Translations under genes and position numbers: made by a program
The notes under the pieces: model-generated
Told to the model about the DNA's origin: nothing
What the model saw: the letters and a program-made list of their open reading frames with translations, nothing else
The model's database searches: none
Shown: in pieces, positions 10,006-19,808 of the stretch
How positions within the stretch are numbered: position 1 is the stretch's first letter
Layout: the number at the start of each line of letters is the position of its first letter
Source: Candidatus Thorarchaeota archaeon
GTDB taxonomy: Archaea > Asgardarchaeota > Thorarchaeia > Thorarchaeales > Thorarchaeaceae
Reading direction: 5' to 3'
DNA: 64,000 nucleotides
NCBI GenBank assembly: GCA_020348985.1
Contig: CP070761.1
Location: 1,112,921-1,176,920, forward strand

Positions 10006-10353
10006 CTAGTCTATGTCTTTCCGATCATGTAGCTGGTGGCGAATCCATACCATTGGTGCCCTCAATGCAAGGCGAGGACCTGAGAATCTCATAACAGCGC
10101 GAATCTGTTGCCGCATGTCGGGCTTATAGCAGTGAACAGGACACTTGCGGCAAGTGGGCTTTTCTTCACCATAACGACACCTCGAAAGACGTGCATGTGA
10201 ATAGTCCAGCAGCTCAGCACATTCATCACAAATGTTTGAAACAGAATCATGCTTCTTTTCACAGTAGAATCGTATCATATTCTCTACTGTGTTCTTCTCA
10301 TCCTGAATCTTGGGACCGTCACGATGATACGAGCCATTGGGCATAATGTTCAA
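10006..10353 (-). CDS. Cys-rich metal-binding protein (YgbA / nitrous-oxide-stimulated-promoter family-like)
   Basis: The protein reads 'FYCEKKHD...CDECAELLDYSHARLSRCRYGEEKPTCRKCPVHCYKPDMRQQIRAVMRFSGPRL'. The motifs CxxC, CxKCPVHCY and MRxxGPR match my recollection of that family. Confidence 0.35.
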   Translation of the reverse strand: MNIMPNGSYHRDGPKIQDEKNTVENMIRFYCEKKHDSVSNICDECAELLDYSHARLSRCRYGEEKPTCRKCPVHCYKPDMRQQIRAVMRFSGPRLALRAPMVWIRHQLHDRKDID

Positions 10354-10837
10354 TCACCGGGCTGATCTGCACTCATGCCTATGTCTATGTAATAGTATCT
10401 GAAACGGCACAGAAAGAATTGTGCCCCATTCCAGCGCCCCGCAATTCCATTCTAGAACATGCTATTTCGGTCGTCCACGCAATAGGCCTGAGACATCGTT
10501 CTCAGTGATCTCGTGTATGTCAACAAAAAGAGACAGCTTGTTAGCCTTCGCCCAGGTTTCTGCAAGGTGTTTGGCGCGGGCTATTTGCAGTACCTCTCCT
10601 GTTGTCTTGCTCCATACCCCCCACATCCTAAGGAATCTCATGGAAACCTTGTCACGTTCTTCGGTAAATACCCAGTCGGACCCATCACTCATTGTGAAAC
10701 CGCGCTGGCACGAATCTATCTTTCTGTCATGAGAGATTTCGGCTGATAATAGTTATGCACGAACTAGTGGAAGACTTCCACAAGACAATGCTTAAGATGA
10801 CCGTGAATTGCGCCACACTACTCCGAGTTGAGTAAGG

Positions 10838-11137
10838 TTGTCTTGGTGCGTCATGGTCAAGGGCCCGTGTAGGGGTAAATCATGTGATTTCTGGGCTCGA
10901 GTCAAGATCAGAAAAGTCCCAGTCTTTGAAATGGTTGAAGAAATCAGAAAGTCCTTGGTCAGCGAATCGAATGAGTGTTACCAAACACAAGAGGAGGCAA
11001 TCCGCGGATTCTGGCGGTCATTGGGAATTCGTGACATGGATAGACTCAGCCGAGAAGCACCAGAGCTTTATGAGAAGATAAGGAGAGTTGAAGGTATTCT
11101 CCTTAACGAAGACGACTCCTCAACTGACCTAGAGTAG
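10838..11137 (+). CDS. Hypothetical protein
   Basis: The 99-aa ORF has reasonable composition and no recognisable motif. Confidence 0.3.
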   Translation: MSWCVMVKGPCRGKSCDFWARVKIRKVPVFEMVEEIRKSLVSESNECYQTQEEAIRGFWRSLGIRDMDRLSREAPELYEKIRRVEGILLNEDDSSTDLE

Positions 11138-11160
11138 ATACGCGTTCTATTCAAAGAAGC

Positions 11161-12801
11161 CTAGGAAGGTGCTCCTATCATATTGTCTCGATTCAGAAGC
11201 CACTTCGAATCAAGCACACCCTTGACCTTCTGCATCTCAGCAATTCCGTCAGTCCCATAAAGAACCTCCAGGAATGCACGTTTCAGCTTCCCGATTCCAT
11301 GTTCTGCCGCCACAGTGCCACCCATTTCAACAGCCTTCTTCGCAAACAACATGTAATTCTCCATACCTTGATCAACTTCCGCGGGATTGCGAGGTATCAT
11401 GTTGACGTGAAGATGGTTGTCTCCAATGTGTCCCCAGACGACAGTCTCCATGTCTTGTGCCGTGAGAACCTCACGATAGAAGTGAACATAGTCTCGAAGT
11501 GCGTCATCAGGGACTGCCATATCGGTACCAATCTTATGGATTTCAGGATACTGTGCCTTTCGCATGGCTATTGTTGCATTCACCGTCTCCGGAACGAAAT
11601 GGCGAACGGTCTTCATTTTCTGAAGCTCGGCTCTGTCTAGACCAGCCCAACTCGACTCTGATGATGAACCATGTTTGTTCAATATCACTTCAAGACCCAT
11701 CACCTTGTCCTCCATATCCTCATCCGTGTAAATAAATTCGAAGAAGATGATGGCCTGAGTTTCGTCAGTGAGCGCGGGCACTTTGATTCCTGATGTGCTT
11801 GCCTTCTCCCTAATCATCCGTATTGCGTTTGGCCCAAAGTACTCGAGAAATTCCATTTCGACTGGCGTATCGTCAGCTCTAATGTCGTAGACGAAGTTGA
11901 TGGCATCATCCTCACTGGGGAAGAAAGCCATAACAGTCATAATATTCTCAGGTAGGGCCATCAGGCCGAGTTCTACCAGAGTAATGACGCCAAGTATCCC
12001 CTCAGAACCAACGAACAAGTCAATGAGATCCATATCGGATTTTGCGTATAGTCCTGCCGCGTTCTTTGTCTTGGGCATACTATAGGTAGGGACCGATATC
12101 TCGGATTTGGATCCGTCAGTGTACTTAATCTCGAACTTTCCATTATCTGTCTTGACCTTACCTCTTACGATGTCCAAGACTTCTCCGTTCATCAATACCA
12201 CTCTGATTCGACGGACCCAGTCTCGCACTGCACCATACCTAAATGTCCGAGCACCGGATGCATTGCATGCAACTATGCCGCCAAGAAAAGCGCTCATCTC
12301 CGTTGGGTCCACAGGGAAGGTGAAATCCTGAGATTCCGATAAGAACCTCTCTAGTGCTGCTTTCTGTTCTTCACTTCCCTGGTCCGTTATGCCTTGCAAG
12401 TCCTTTGCCATGATCACGTTGACGAATTCTTCCAACAGCATCCCTGGCTCTCCTGCTGCAGAATAGAGACCGTCTCCCTCTGAGTATTCAAGATAGAGAA
12501 GCTTGTTCATTCTCTCCAGATTCAAGGTGATTCCGCCAAGTGGGACTGCTGCACCTGTAAGTCCCGTGCGACCTCCCTGAATGGTAACTGGAGTGTCATT
12601 CTCATTGGCCTCACGAAGAATGGCGGCCACTTCATCTTCTGTTGTGGGAAAGAAGATCTTCTCTGTTTTGCCATCGTAGGAATGACTCTCATCATCTAGA
12701 TAGAGCGCATAAACGTCCGTGATCTCGTCTTGGTTAGTCACTGCTTTCACCTGGGACAGGTCTGCTTCACCAGGTGCTTGTGCCGCGATCTTGTTTGTCA
12801 T
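11161..12801 (-). CDS. FAD-linked oxidase (GlcD / D-lactate dehydrogenase-like, PCMH-type FAD-binding)
   Basis: The N-terminal region is FAD-binding ('PVTIQGGRTGLTGAAVP'). The C-terminal tail 'HGIGKLKRAFLEVLYG' is typical of the FAD-linked oxidase C-terminal domain. Confidence 0.65.
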   Translation of the reverse strand: MTNKIAAQAPGEADLSQVKAVTNQDEITDVYALYLDDESHSYDGKTEKIFFPTTEDEVAAILREANENDTPVTIQGGRTGLTGAAVPLGGITLNLERMNKLLYLEYSEGDGLYSAAGEPGMLLEEFVNVIMAKDLQGITDQGSEEQKAALERFLSESQDFTFPVDPTEMSAFLGGIVACNASGARTFRYGAVRDWVRRIRVVLMNGEVLDIVRGKVKTDNGKFEIKYTDGSKSEISVPTYSMPKTKNAAGLYAKSDMDLIDLFVGSEGILGVITLVELGLMALPENIMTVMAFFPSEDDAINFVYDIRADDTPVEMEFLEYFGPNAIRMIREKASTSGIKVPALTDETQAIIFFEFIYTDEDMEDKVMGLEVILNKHGSSSESSWAGLDRAELQKMKTVRHFVPETVNATIAMRKAQYPEIHKIGTDMAVPDDALRDYVHFYREVLTAQDMETVVWGHIGDNHLHVNMIPRNPAEVDQGMENYMLFAKKAVEMGGTVAAEHGIGKLKRAFLEVLYGTDGIAEMQKVKGVLDSKWLLNRDNMIGAPS

Positions 12802-12951
12802 AGACTGTACACCCTTTCTGAACGGTCTGTCCTCAATCTGACCTAAATATCAATCATTGGTTTTGTCACAAGTTCTGTTAGCGAGCCCATACACGAAACC
12901 TTCATTGCATTAGGAGAGATTCCTTTTGCTACATTAGATGAGGTAAACTGA

Positions 12952-13851
12952 ATGAGGATTGCCGCGGTCTCAGACATCCACGTTCGGCCGGATGGAAGCG
13001 ATGAGGATCTAATCTCTGGAATCCACGACCGTGCTGTAGAACTCTCCCCAGATGTCTTCGTGATAGCAGGTGACATAAGCGACATGCTGAGCACGCTTTC
13101 TGAGACTCTCTCGAAACTCAGAATTCCCTCTATTCCAAACCTGTTTGTTCCAGGTAATCATGATGTTTGGTTTGAAGAGGACCAAGGCATTGGTTCGCTA
13201 GACAAGTACTCCAAAGGAATTGGGGAAACATGCAAGGAGAATGGGTTTGTATACCTTCCCGACGAGCCGCATCTATCCGGGAATTTGGCCTTTGTTGGCT
13301 CATTGGGATGGAGCGACTATTCATTCAGAAGAGAAGAGTTGAGTATTCCTGAGGAAGCCTATGAGCAAAAGCAATTCCGCGGTGCAGTATGGAACGACTT
13401 CTTCAACATAGATTGGACTTGGTCTGACAAAGAAGCCGCTGCTCTCTTCAACCAAAAGCTCGAATATGATCTTGGTGCACTAACCGATGATGTGCGCCAC
13501 GTCGTTTACGTTTCTCATCATTTGCCTTTCAAGGAGCTGACGCTCTACAAGGATAAACTTCCGTGGGATTTCTTCTCGGCCTACATGGGTTCTGTCGAAA
13601 CAGGACGAATCTTGAAGGATGACGGACGAGTGATTCTGACAATATCAGGTCATAGCCACATCAGAAACGTGGTCTCGATAGAAGGGATTACTGCTATCAC
13701 TGTGCCCATAGGCTATGGTCGACCCCCCGACAAAGACATGTCAGAATTGGCAGACAAATCTGTTGCAGGAATTGAGATCAACAGCGGCAGTGTCAAGCTC
13801 ACAGAATTCGTAGAAGGTGACATATGCGCTGACATGCCATATGTCTTCTAG
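12952..13851 (+). CDS. Calcineurin-like metallophosphoesterase
   Basis: The ORF carries 'MRIAAVSDIHV', 'VIAGDISD' and 'GNHD', the canonical metallophosphoesterase motifs. Confidence 0.65.
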   Translation: MRIAAVSDIHVRPDGSDEDLISGIHDRAVELSPDVFVIAGDISDMLSTLSETLSKLRIPSIPNLFVPGNHDVWFEEDQGIGSLDKYSKGIGETCKENGFVYLPDEPHLSGNLAFVGSLGWSDYSFRREELSIPEEAYEQKQFRGAVWNDFFNIDWTWSDKEAAALFNQKLEYDLGALTDDVRHVVYVSHHLPFKELTLYKDKLPWDFFSAYMGSVETGRILKDDGRVILTISGHSHIRNVVSIEGITAITVPIGYGRPPDKDMSELADKSVAGIEINSGSVKLTEFVEGDICADMPYVF

Positions 13852-13976
13852 ATTGGGCTGTTTGATGACGACACATTAAAGAGTTGGGTCCATCATCTGT
13901 CCATCGCTACTGTTTGCGATTGAAATCTGAGAAACATGGAAGGGCATGATTGTGTCGCTCAGGTGAAGAATGGAAT

Positions 13977-15410
13977 ATGAACGAGCTAGGCATCCCCGTT
14001 CTTTTGGTCTTTATTGGAACTTACATCGCAATTTCGAGTGAGAAAGTGAATAGGACCGGAATGGCACTTCTCGGAATGGGAGCAATAGGATTTGTCTTCT
14101 GGGCTGCAATTCTTCTTGGACTACCATCAACTCAGAATTGGGAAATCGGACCATTTGCTGAGATTGTCTTTCATATCGAATGGGATACTGTACTCTTCGT
14201 CACTTCGATGATGATAATTGTAGCAGTAGCCGCCGCCTCAGGAATGTTCCAGTATATAGCACTGATGCTTGTCAGGCCAAGCAGAGGAGATCAAAGGTAT
14301 CTCTTCGTAACCTTTCTTTTGTTTGTTCTAGGCATTTCATTGTTCTTCGATACCGTCTCAACCATGCTAATTATGGCACCACTTACCATAGAAGTCTGTA
14401 AGGCACTGGAGATTGATTTCAAACCGTTTCTCATAGCTGAGTCAATCACGTGTAATTTTGCCTCAATTCCTTCTATTGTTGGTGCAGTTCCGAATCTTGT
14501 CATTGCTACTCAAGTAGAAAGAGAGACTGGACGGTCGATCGTGGGAGAATTGTTCCTGGTCTTTTTGCCCTTAGCCATAATCCTCTTCGTAGTTTCAACC
14601 CCGCTCTTTCTCCGATATTACAAAGTGTCATTTGGAACTACTGATTCGCACAGAATGGAGGTTGTGGCGGAAATAGACCCCTCTTCAATGATAACGTCAA
14701 GACGAGACTTCTATGCATCTGCGATTGCAATCGTTATTCTTGTTGTGGGCTTCGGATTCGGTCCTGGATTTGGACTGCGCCCACCCGTTGTCGCTTTGGT
14801 CATCGCAGCTTTCTTCCTCATACTATCTCATGATCGTGCCAATGACTTCTTGATGAAGATCGGATGGGACACAGTGTTCTTCCTTGTTGGTCTCTTTGGT
14901 CTCGTAGGAGCGCTCATCATCACTGGCCTGATTGATGACCTGGCGGTATACACTTCTGCTATCATCGGAGACAATCTGACTATTGCGACATCGTTTATGA
15001 TTTGGATTCCCGCCATGCTTTCTGCCTTTCTAGACAACCTTCCAGTATCGATGGTCCTGGCACCTATAGCAGTCTTCGAGGGACTTCCAGCCGCAATAAC
15101 AGGGATCCTACCATTCGCACTAATCTTTGCCGTAAACATTGGGGGGTATATCTTCACTCCTCTTGGTTCACCAGCTAACATGGTTGCTATGGGATTCTCT
15201 GAGAGAGAGCACAATCCAATATCCTTCATGGAGTTCGCAAAGATAGGTACGATTCTGGGTTTCATTCATTTGGGGCTAGGCACAGGATGGTTACTTCTGG
15301 TTGGAATGTTCGGGATACTTCCAGTCTTCCTGATTGGCATGGCAATAGCGGTAGTCTTGCTAGCAATATTCATGAGGCCCTTTGTGAAAGCATCTTCAGA
15401 GCAAGCATGA
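13977..15410 (+). CDS. ArsB/NhaD-superfamily permease (anion/citrate-type transporter), paralog 1
   Basis: The protein is polytopic. It has a 'GTYIAISSEKVNRT' motif and internal duplication typical of ArsB/NhaD/CitMHS permeases. The likely start is ATG 13977, after an SD-like GGTGAAG. Confidence 0.5.
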   Translation: MNELGIPVLLVFIGTYIAISSEKVNRTGMALLGMGAIGFVFWAAILLGLPSTQNWEIGPFAEIVFHIEWDTVLFVTSMMIIVAVAAASGMFQYIALMLVRPSRGDQRYLFVTFLLFVLGISLFFDTVSTMLIMAPLTIEVCKALEIDFKPFLIAESITCNFASIPSIVGAVPNLVIATQVERETGRSIVGELFLVFLPLAIILFVVSTPLFLRYYKVSFGTTDSHRMEVVAEIDPSSMITSRRDFYASAIAIVILVVGFGFGPGFGLRPPVVALVIAAFFLILSHDRANDFLMKIGWDTVFFLVGLFGLVGALIITGLIDDLAVYTSAIIGDNLTIATSFMIWIPAMLSAFLDNLPVSMVLAPIAVFEGLPAAITGILPFALIFAVNIGGYIFTPLGSPANMVAMGFSEREHNPISFMEFAKIGTILGFIHLGLGTGWLLLVGMFGILPVFLIGMAIAVVLLAIFMRPFVKASSEQA

Positions 15411-15485
15411 GCCGAACAAACTAAATCGGTGGTCGAAGAGTGCTGTTCTGGTTTCTCAGTGTTGAGACTTAGGTGATTTGAAAGA

Positions 15486-16844
15486 ATGGAGCCTGTGACG
15501 TTTGCTGTCTTAGTGGTCTTCGTTGGAACCTATATCGCAATCTCATCTGAAAAGGTGAACAGGACTGCCGCGGCGCTGCTAGGAATGGGCCTCATAGGCG
15601 TGGTTCTCGTAGTAACCCGCACAAGTACCTTCAGACATGTTGTTGAGTTGATAGAATGGCATACCGTCTTGTTTGTTACTGCAATGATGGCAATCGTGAC
15701 TATTGCTGCCGGTTCAGGGATGTTCCAGTACTTGGCTATCCAGCTGACACGTCCCTCACATGGACTAACAAAGCGCCTGTTTGTCTATTTCCTTTCCTTT
15801 GTTTTCGTGATATCGATCTTCCTCGATACGACATCCACAATGCTGATCATGGCACCTCTAACCATCGAGGTATGCAAGGCTCTTGAGATTGATTTCAAAC
15901 CATTTCTAATCGCAGAAGCTGTCGTCTGTAATTTCGCATCAATCCCGACAATTGTGGGAGCTGTCCCAAACTTGGTCATCGCCGAAGCAGCATCCCTTGA
16001 TCAAGGATTGCTGTTTGTGTTGATGATGCCTCTCTCAATGCTTCTATTCGGTGTTTCAGTACCAATCTTCCTGTATTTCTTCAATAAGCAATTGACTCAA
16101 GCAGACACGGACCTAGTTGAAGAATTCTTGCTCATAGATGCCTCATACATGATAAGATCAAGGAGAGACTTCTACCTGTCGGTAATCGGAATAGGTGTCC
16201 TTGTTGTTGGTTTCACGTTGGGTCATACCATAGGTTTTCAGCCGTCGATGATTGCCATTGTTGTTGCCGCCTTCTTGCTTCTTCTAACAAGAGAGTGGGT
16301 TGATGATGTGTTGAAGAAGATCAACTGGGGAACCGTTTTCTTTTTGATTGGACTTTTCGGACTGGTGGCGGCGCTTCAGATAACTGGCGTAATAGTTGCC
16401 CTTGGTGATACAATAGAATCAATAATAGGGGCTAACGAAGCATTTGGCGTTCTCTTCATGTGTTGGGTTCCAAGCCTAGTTTCCGCGGTAGTTGATAACA
16501 TTCCAATTGCTACAATACTGGCACCAATCGCCACAGGGCTTGCAAGCACAAGTTGGTTACTGCCCTATGTTCTGATATTCGCAGTCAATGTTGGAGGATT
16601 TATTCTGCCCATCGGTGCTCCAGCCAATATACTGGCCATCTCGTTATCAGAGAAGGAGCGGAATCCAATCAGATTCTACGATTTCGCAAGGATAGCGACT
16701 CCGCTAGGTCTCCTGATGTTGGTTGTGGGAACTGGATGGTTCCTTCTAGTTGGAGTATTCGGAATACTGCCAGTCTTCTTGGCGGGTATTGTGATTGCCT
16801 CGGTTATGTTGGTAGTGTCAATGAGACTCTTCTTGAAAGCATGA
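15486..16844 (+). CDS. ArsB/NhaD-superfamily permease, paralog 2
   Basis: It is clearly paralogous to the upstream gene, sharing 'VGTYIAISSEKVNRT', 'MLIMAPLTIEVCKALEIDFKPFLIAE' and 'ILPVFL' blocks. An AGGTGAT Shine-Dalgarno sits 10 nt upstream. Confidence 0.5.
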   Translation: MEPVTFAVLVVFVGTYIAISSEKVNRTAAALLGMGLIGVVLVVTRTSTFRHVVELIEWHTVLFVTAMMAIVTIAAGSGMFQYLAIQLTRPSHGLTKRLFVYFLSFVFVISIFLDTTSTMLIMAPLTIEVCKALEIDFKPFLIAEAVVCNFASIPTIVGAVPNLVIAEAASLDQGLLFVLMMPLSMLLFGVSVPIFLYFFNKQLTQADTDLVEEFLLIDASYMIRSRRDFYLSVIGIGVLVVGFTLGHTIGFQPSMIAIVVAAFLLLLTREWVDDVLKKINWGTVFFLIGLFGLVAALQITGVIVALGDTIESIIGANEAFGVLFMCWVPSLVSAVVDNIPIATILAPIATGLASTSWLLPYVLIFAVNVGGFILPIGAPANILAISLSEKERNPIRFYDFARIATPLGLLMLVVGTGWFLLVGVFGILPVFLAGIVIASVMLVVSMRLFLKA

Positions 16845-16989
16845 ATGAATGCCAACTAGTCAACCGGTCGATGTTGATCACCCAATGCAAAACCTCCATA
16901 AATCCAAATTATACCTTCTTCAGATCATACATCTGCGGCTTACGAAAACTATGAAATGGGAGTTAATCTGAACCAATACAGACTGTCAA

Positions 16990-17487
16990 ATGCCTAAGCG
17001 CGCTCGATGTCCACATTGTGACAAGCTGTACAACAGAGATCTTTTGGACAGTCACATCAAGCGCTGTAGACAAAGGCGTAGAGTCGAATTACGAACGAAG
17101 GAACAGGACGGACGGAAGACCGTTGTAGTGGACGGCAATAACGTGGCGCATTATCTCTCAAGTGATGGAGTTCCAAGAGCATCTAATCTAGTCATAGCAC
17201 ACAGAAGTCTGTCTAATTCTGGGCTCAGTCCAGTCTTCGTTGTATCTGCGGCGCTGAAGCATAGAATAGACAAACCGGCCGCACTAAGTCAGATGATTGA
17301 TGATGGACTGCTCAGAGAGGCCCCTAGAGGAAAAGATGATGACCTCTTCATAATCAGAACTGCTCAAGAGTTGAGAGCTGATATCGTCTCAAATGACCGT
17401 TTCTTGAAGTATCTGAATCGGTTTCCTTGGTTGCCAGATAGGCTCCTTAGGTATCGGATGACACCAGCAGGTTTGATTCTCATCTAG
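16990..17487 (+). CDS. NYN-domain (Zc3h12a/Regnase-like PIN-fold) ribonuclease with an N-terminal C2HC zinc finger
   Basis: The N-terminal zinc finger is 'CPHCDKLYNRDLLDSHIKRC'. The NYN motifs are 'VVVDGNNVAHY', 'PVFVVSAALKHR', 'IVSNDRF' and 'RLLRY'. Confidence 0.55.
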   Translation: MPKRARCPHCDKLYNRDLLDSHIKRCRQRRRVELRTKEQDGRKTVVVDGNNVAHYLSSDGVPRASNLVIAHRSLSNSGLSPVFVVSAALKHRIDKPAALSQMIDDGLLREAPRGKDDDLFIIRTAQELRADIVSNDRFLKYLNRFPWLPDRLLRYRMTPAGLILI

Positions 17488-17496
17488 CTTGTGATT

Positions 17497-17871
17497 CTAC
17501 CTCTTGAACTGAAGCAGTTCCAATATATTACCAGAGGGGTCTCTAAATGCCATGAAAGTACCAGCTGGAAACTCCTGTGGTCCATCATGAAGGAACTCAA
17601 CACCTGAGTCCTTGAGTTTTCTCGAGGTCTTTTCCAGATTCTTGGTCTCAACAGCCAACACAACTTGTGATGATGATGGATAGGTGGCGGGGTTGGGTTC
17701 TTCCGTTTTCTCAATAACCACTGTGGGACCATCATTCTCAAGTGTGACCAAGCACGTCTCATCATACACATAATCAACTTTGAAACCTAGTTTGTTCACG
17801 TAGAAGTCTAGAGATGCCTCCATGTCTGTGACGTAGATTCCAATCACACAGAAACTTGACAGAGTATTCAC
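17497..17871 (-). CDS. VOC-family (glyoxalase / bleomycin-resistance fold) protein
   Basis: 'IGIYVTDMEASLDFYVNKLGFKV' is a typical glyoxalase-fold N-terminal motif. The ORF is 124 aa. Confidence 0.6.
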   Translation of the reverse strand: MNTLSSFCVIGIYVTDMEASLDFYVNKLGFKVDYVYDETCLVTLENDGPTVVIEKTEEPNPATYPSSSQVVLAVETKNLEKTSRKLKDSGVEFLHDGPQEFPAGTFMAFRDPSGNILELLQFKR

Positions 17872-18035
17872 CCGAGATGCTCACGCCAATTGATGCGTAA
17901 TAAAACAGGAGATTCAAGCATTTTTCAAACTGCATTGACTGGAAATCCAAGTAGGAAGTGTCATCGCATCAAAAGCGTTAAAATGACACAGAGATTGCTG
18001 ACTTAGACTGACACTTTGGTCGATGGTGAACATCA

Positions 18036-19808
18036 ATGTTGGCGAGCGAGCTGAAGAAACTCTACTTGAAGTTCTTCAAAGAGAGAGGACATGCTATCAT
18101 TCCGTCTGCCTCGCTCTTGCCAGAGCACGACCCAACTGTGCTTTTCATATCGGCTGGAATGCATCCTTTGGTTCCCTATCTTCTAGGTCAGCCCCACCCA
18201 ATGGGTAACCGATTGGCAGACTGTCAGAAGTGCCTGAGAACAACTGACATCGAAGAGGTAGGTGATGCAACGCACCTGACATTCTTGGAGATGTTGGGCA
18301 ATTGGAGTCTCAATGACTACTGGAAGAAAGAGGCAATCGAGTGGTCCTACGAATTCTTGACATCCAAGAAATGGTTGGGTTTTGACCCAGAGAAACTCTC
18401 TGTCACCGTTTTTGCCGGTGACGAAGATGCCCCCCGCGATGATGAAGCTGCAAAGATATGGAAGAGCTTGGGAATTCCAGAAGAACGAATTTACTACCTT
18501 CCGAAAGAAGAGAACTGGTGGGGGCCTGCAGGAACAACTGGCCCCTGTGGTCCATGCACTGAGATGTTCATTAGAATTGACGAGCTTCCGTTGTGTGGTC
18601 CTGAGTGCAGACCGGGCTGCAATTGCGGTGCTTGGTTTGAGATATGGAATGACGTCTTCATGTATTATAACAAGACAGCCGAAGGTAGCTATGAGCAGCT
18701 GGAGCACAGGAATATAGACACGGGTATGGGACTTGAACGCACGGCAGCTATGCTCCAAGGCAAAAAGACTGTCTACGAGATTGAGTTGTTTAGACCATTG
18801 ATGGAGAAGATTCGAGAACTCTCAGGAAAGAATGAAGTTACCGAGGAAGAAGACAAGCTTGAGAGAATCATAGCTGACCATGTCAGATCTGCCATCATGA
18901 TTATGGCTGACGATGCAAGGATTGCGCCTTCTAATTTGGAGCATGGATACATCGTACGCCGTCTGCTGAGAAAGGCGATTCACATTGGAGACAAGCTAGG
19001 AATCGGTTCAGGATTCATGCTCCAGCTTGCTGAGATTGTCATCGACATGCATAAGGACGCTTATGAAGAAGTGAAGCGGAACCGGGATTTCATATTGGAG
19101 AATCTTGAGCTTGAAGAAGCCAAGTTCAGGAAGACTCTTGGAAAGGCCCTGAGGAAGTTCGACAGAATCTTGCAGGAAGCTGGCACTGTGACAGGCAAAG
19201 ACGCGTTCCTGTTGTTCACCAGTTTCGGTCTTCCTCTGGAGATGACAAGAGACCTTGCAGAGGAGAAACGCATCGAGATCAACATGGAAGAATTCACGGA
19301 GGAGTTCGAGCGTCACAGAGAGATTTCGAGAACTGCGACAGAGTGGAAGTTCAGCGGCGGGTTGGCGGACCATAGCGAAGAGATTACTATGCTTCACACG
19401 GCCACTCATCTCTTGCAGGAGGCTCTTAGAAGAGTCCTCGGAGAAAAAGTGTCCCAGTCTGGCAGTAACATCACGAAAGAGCGCTTGCGATTCGACTTCA
19501 CATTCGATAGGAAGCTGACACCTGAAGAGGTGAAAGAAGTTGAGGACCTTGTCAACGGCGTGATTGGGAGGAACCTTGAGGTCACTCAGGAGTTCATGTC
19601 ATTGGATGACGCGTTGGCTAGTGGAGCGTTGGCATTCTTCAAGGAGACCTATGGTGATGAGGTCTCGGTATACTATGTGGGCGACTTCAGCAAGGAAATC
19701 TGTGGAGGACCCCATGTTCAAAGAAGTGGTCTACTAGGACGATTTAGAATTGCAAAGCAGAAGAAGATAGGAGCCGGCATAATTCGGATTAGAGCAGTTC
19801 TAGAATGA
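18036..19808 (+). CDS. alaS: Alanyl-tRNA synthetase, short form (catalytic + tRNA-recognition + editing core, no C-Ala domain)
   Basis: The N-terminus 'LKFFKERGHAIIPSASLLPEHDPTVLFISAGM' is bacterial-type. Internal motifs 'WFEIWNDVFMYYN' and 'IDTGMGLERTAAMLQG' match AlaRS. Editing-site motifs 'HTATHLL' and 'CGGPHV' lie near the C-terminus. The protein ends about 30 aa after the editing core, at 590 aa. Confidence 0.7.
   Translation: MLASELKKLYLKFFKERGHAIIPSASLLPEHDPTVLFISAGMHPLVPYLLGQPHPMGNRLADCQKCLRTTDIEEVGDATHLTFLEMLGNWSLNDYWKKEAIEWSYEFLTSKKWLGFDPEKLSVTVFAGDEDAPRDDEAAKIWKSLGIPEERIYYLPKEENWWGPAGTTGPCGPCTEMFIRIDELPLCGPECRPGCNCGAWFEIWNDVFMYYNKTAEGSYEQLEHRNIDTGMGLERTAAMLQGKKTVYEIELFRPLMEKIRELSGKNEVTEEEDKLERIIADHVRSAIMIMADDARIAPSNLEHGYIVRRLLRKAIHIGDKLGIGSGFMLQLAEIVIDMHKDAYEEVKRNRDFILENLELEEAKFRKTLGKALRKFDRILQEAGTVTGKDAFLLFTSFGLPLEMTRDLAEEKRIEINMEEFTEEFERHREISRTATEWKFSGGLADHSEEITMLHTATHLLQEALRRVLGEKVSQSGSNITKERLRFDFTFDRKLTPEEVKEVEDLVNGVIGRNLEVTQEFMSLDDALASGALAFFKETYGDEVSVYYVGDFSKEICGGPHVQRSGLLGRFRIAKQKKIGAGIIRIRAVLE

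Noticed and set aside
10462-10692. 76-aa minus-strand ORF in the 480-bp gap at 10354-10837
   Set aside because: Its composition is plausible, but it overlaps two other equally long ORFs in other frames and has no motif. There is not enough evidence to call it a gene.
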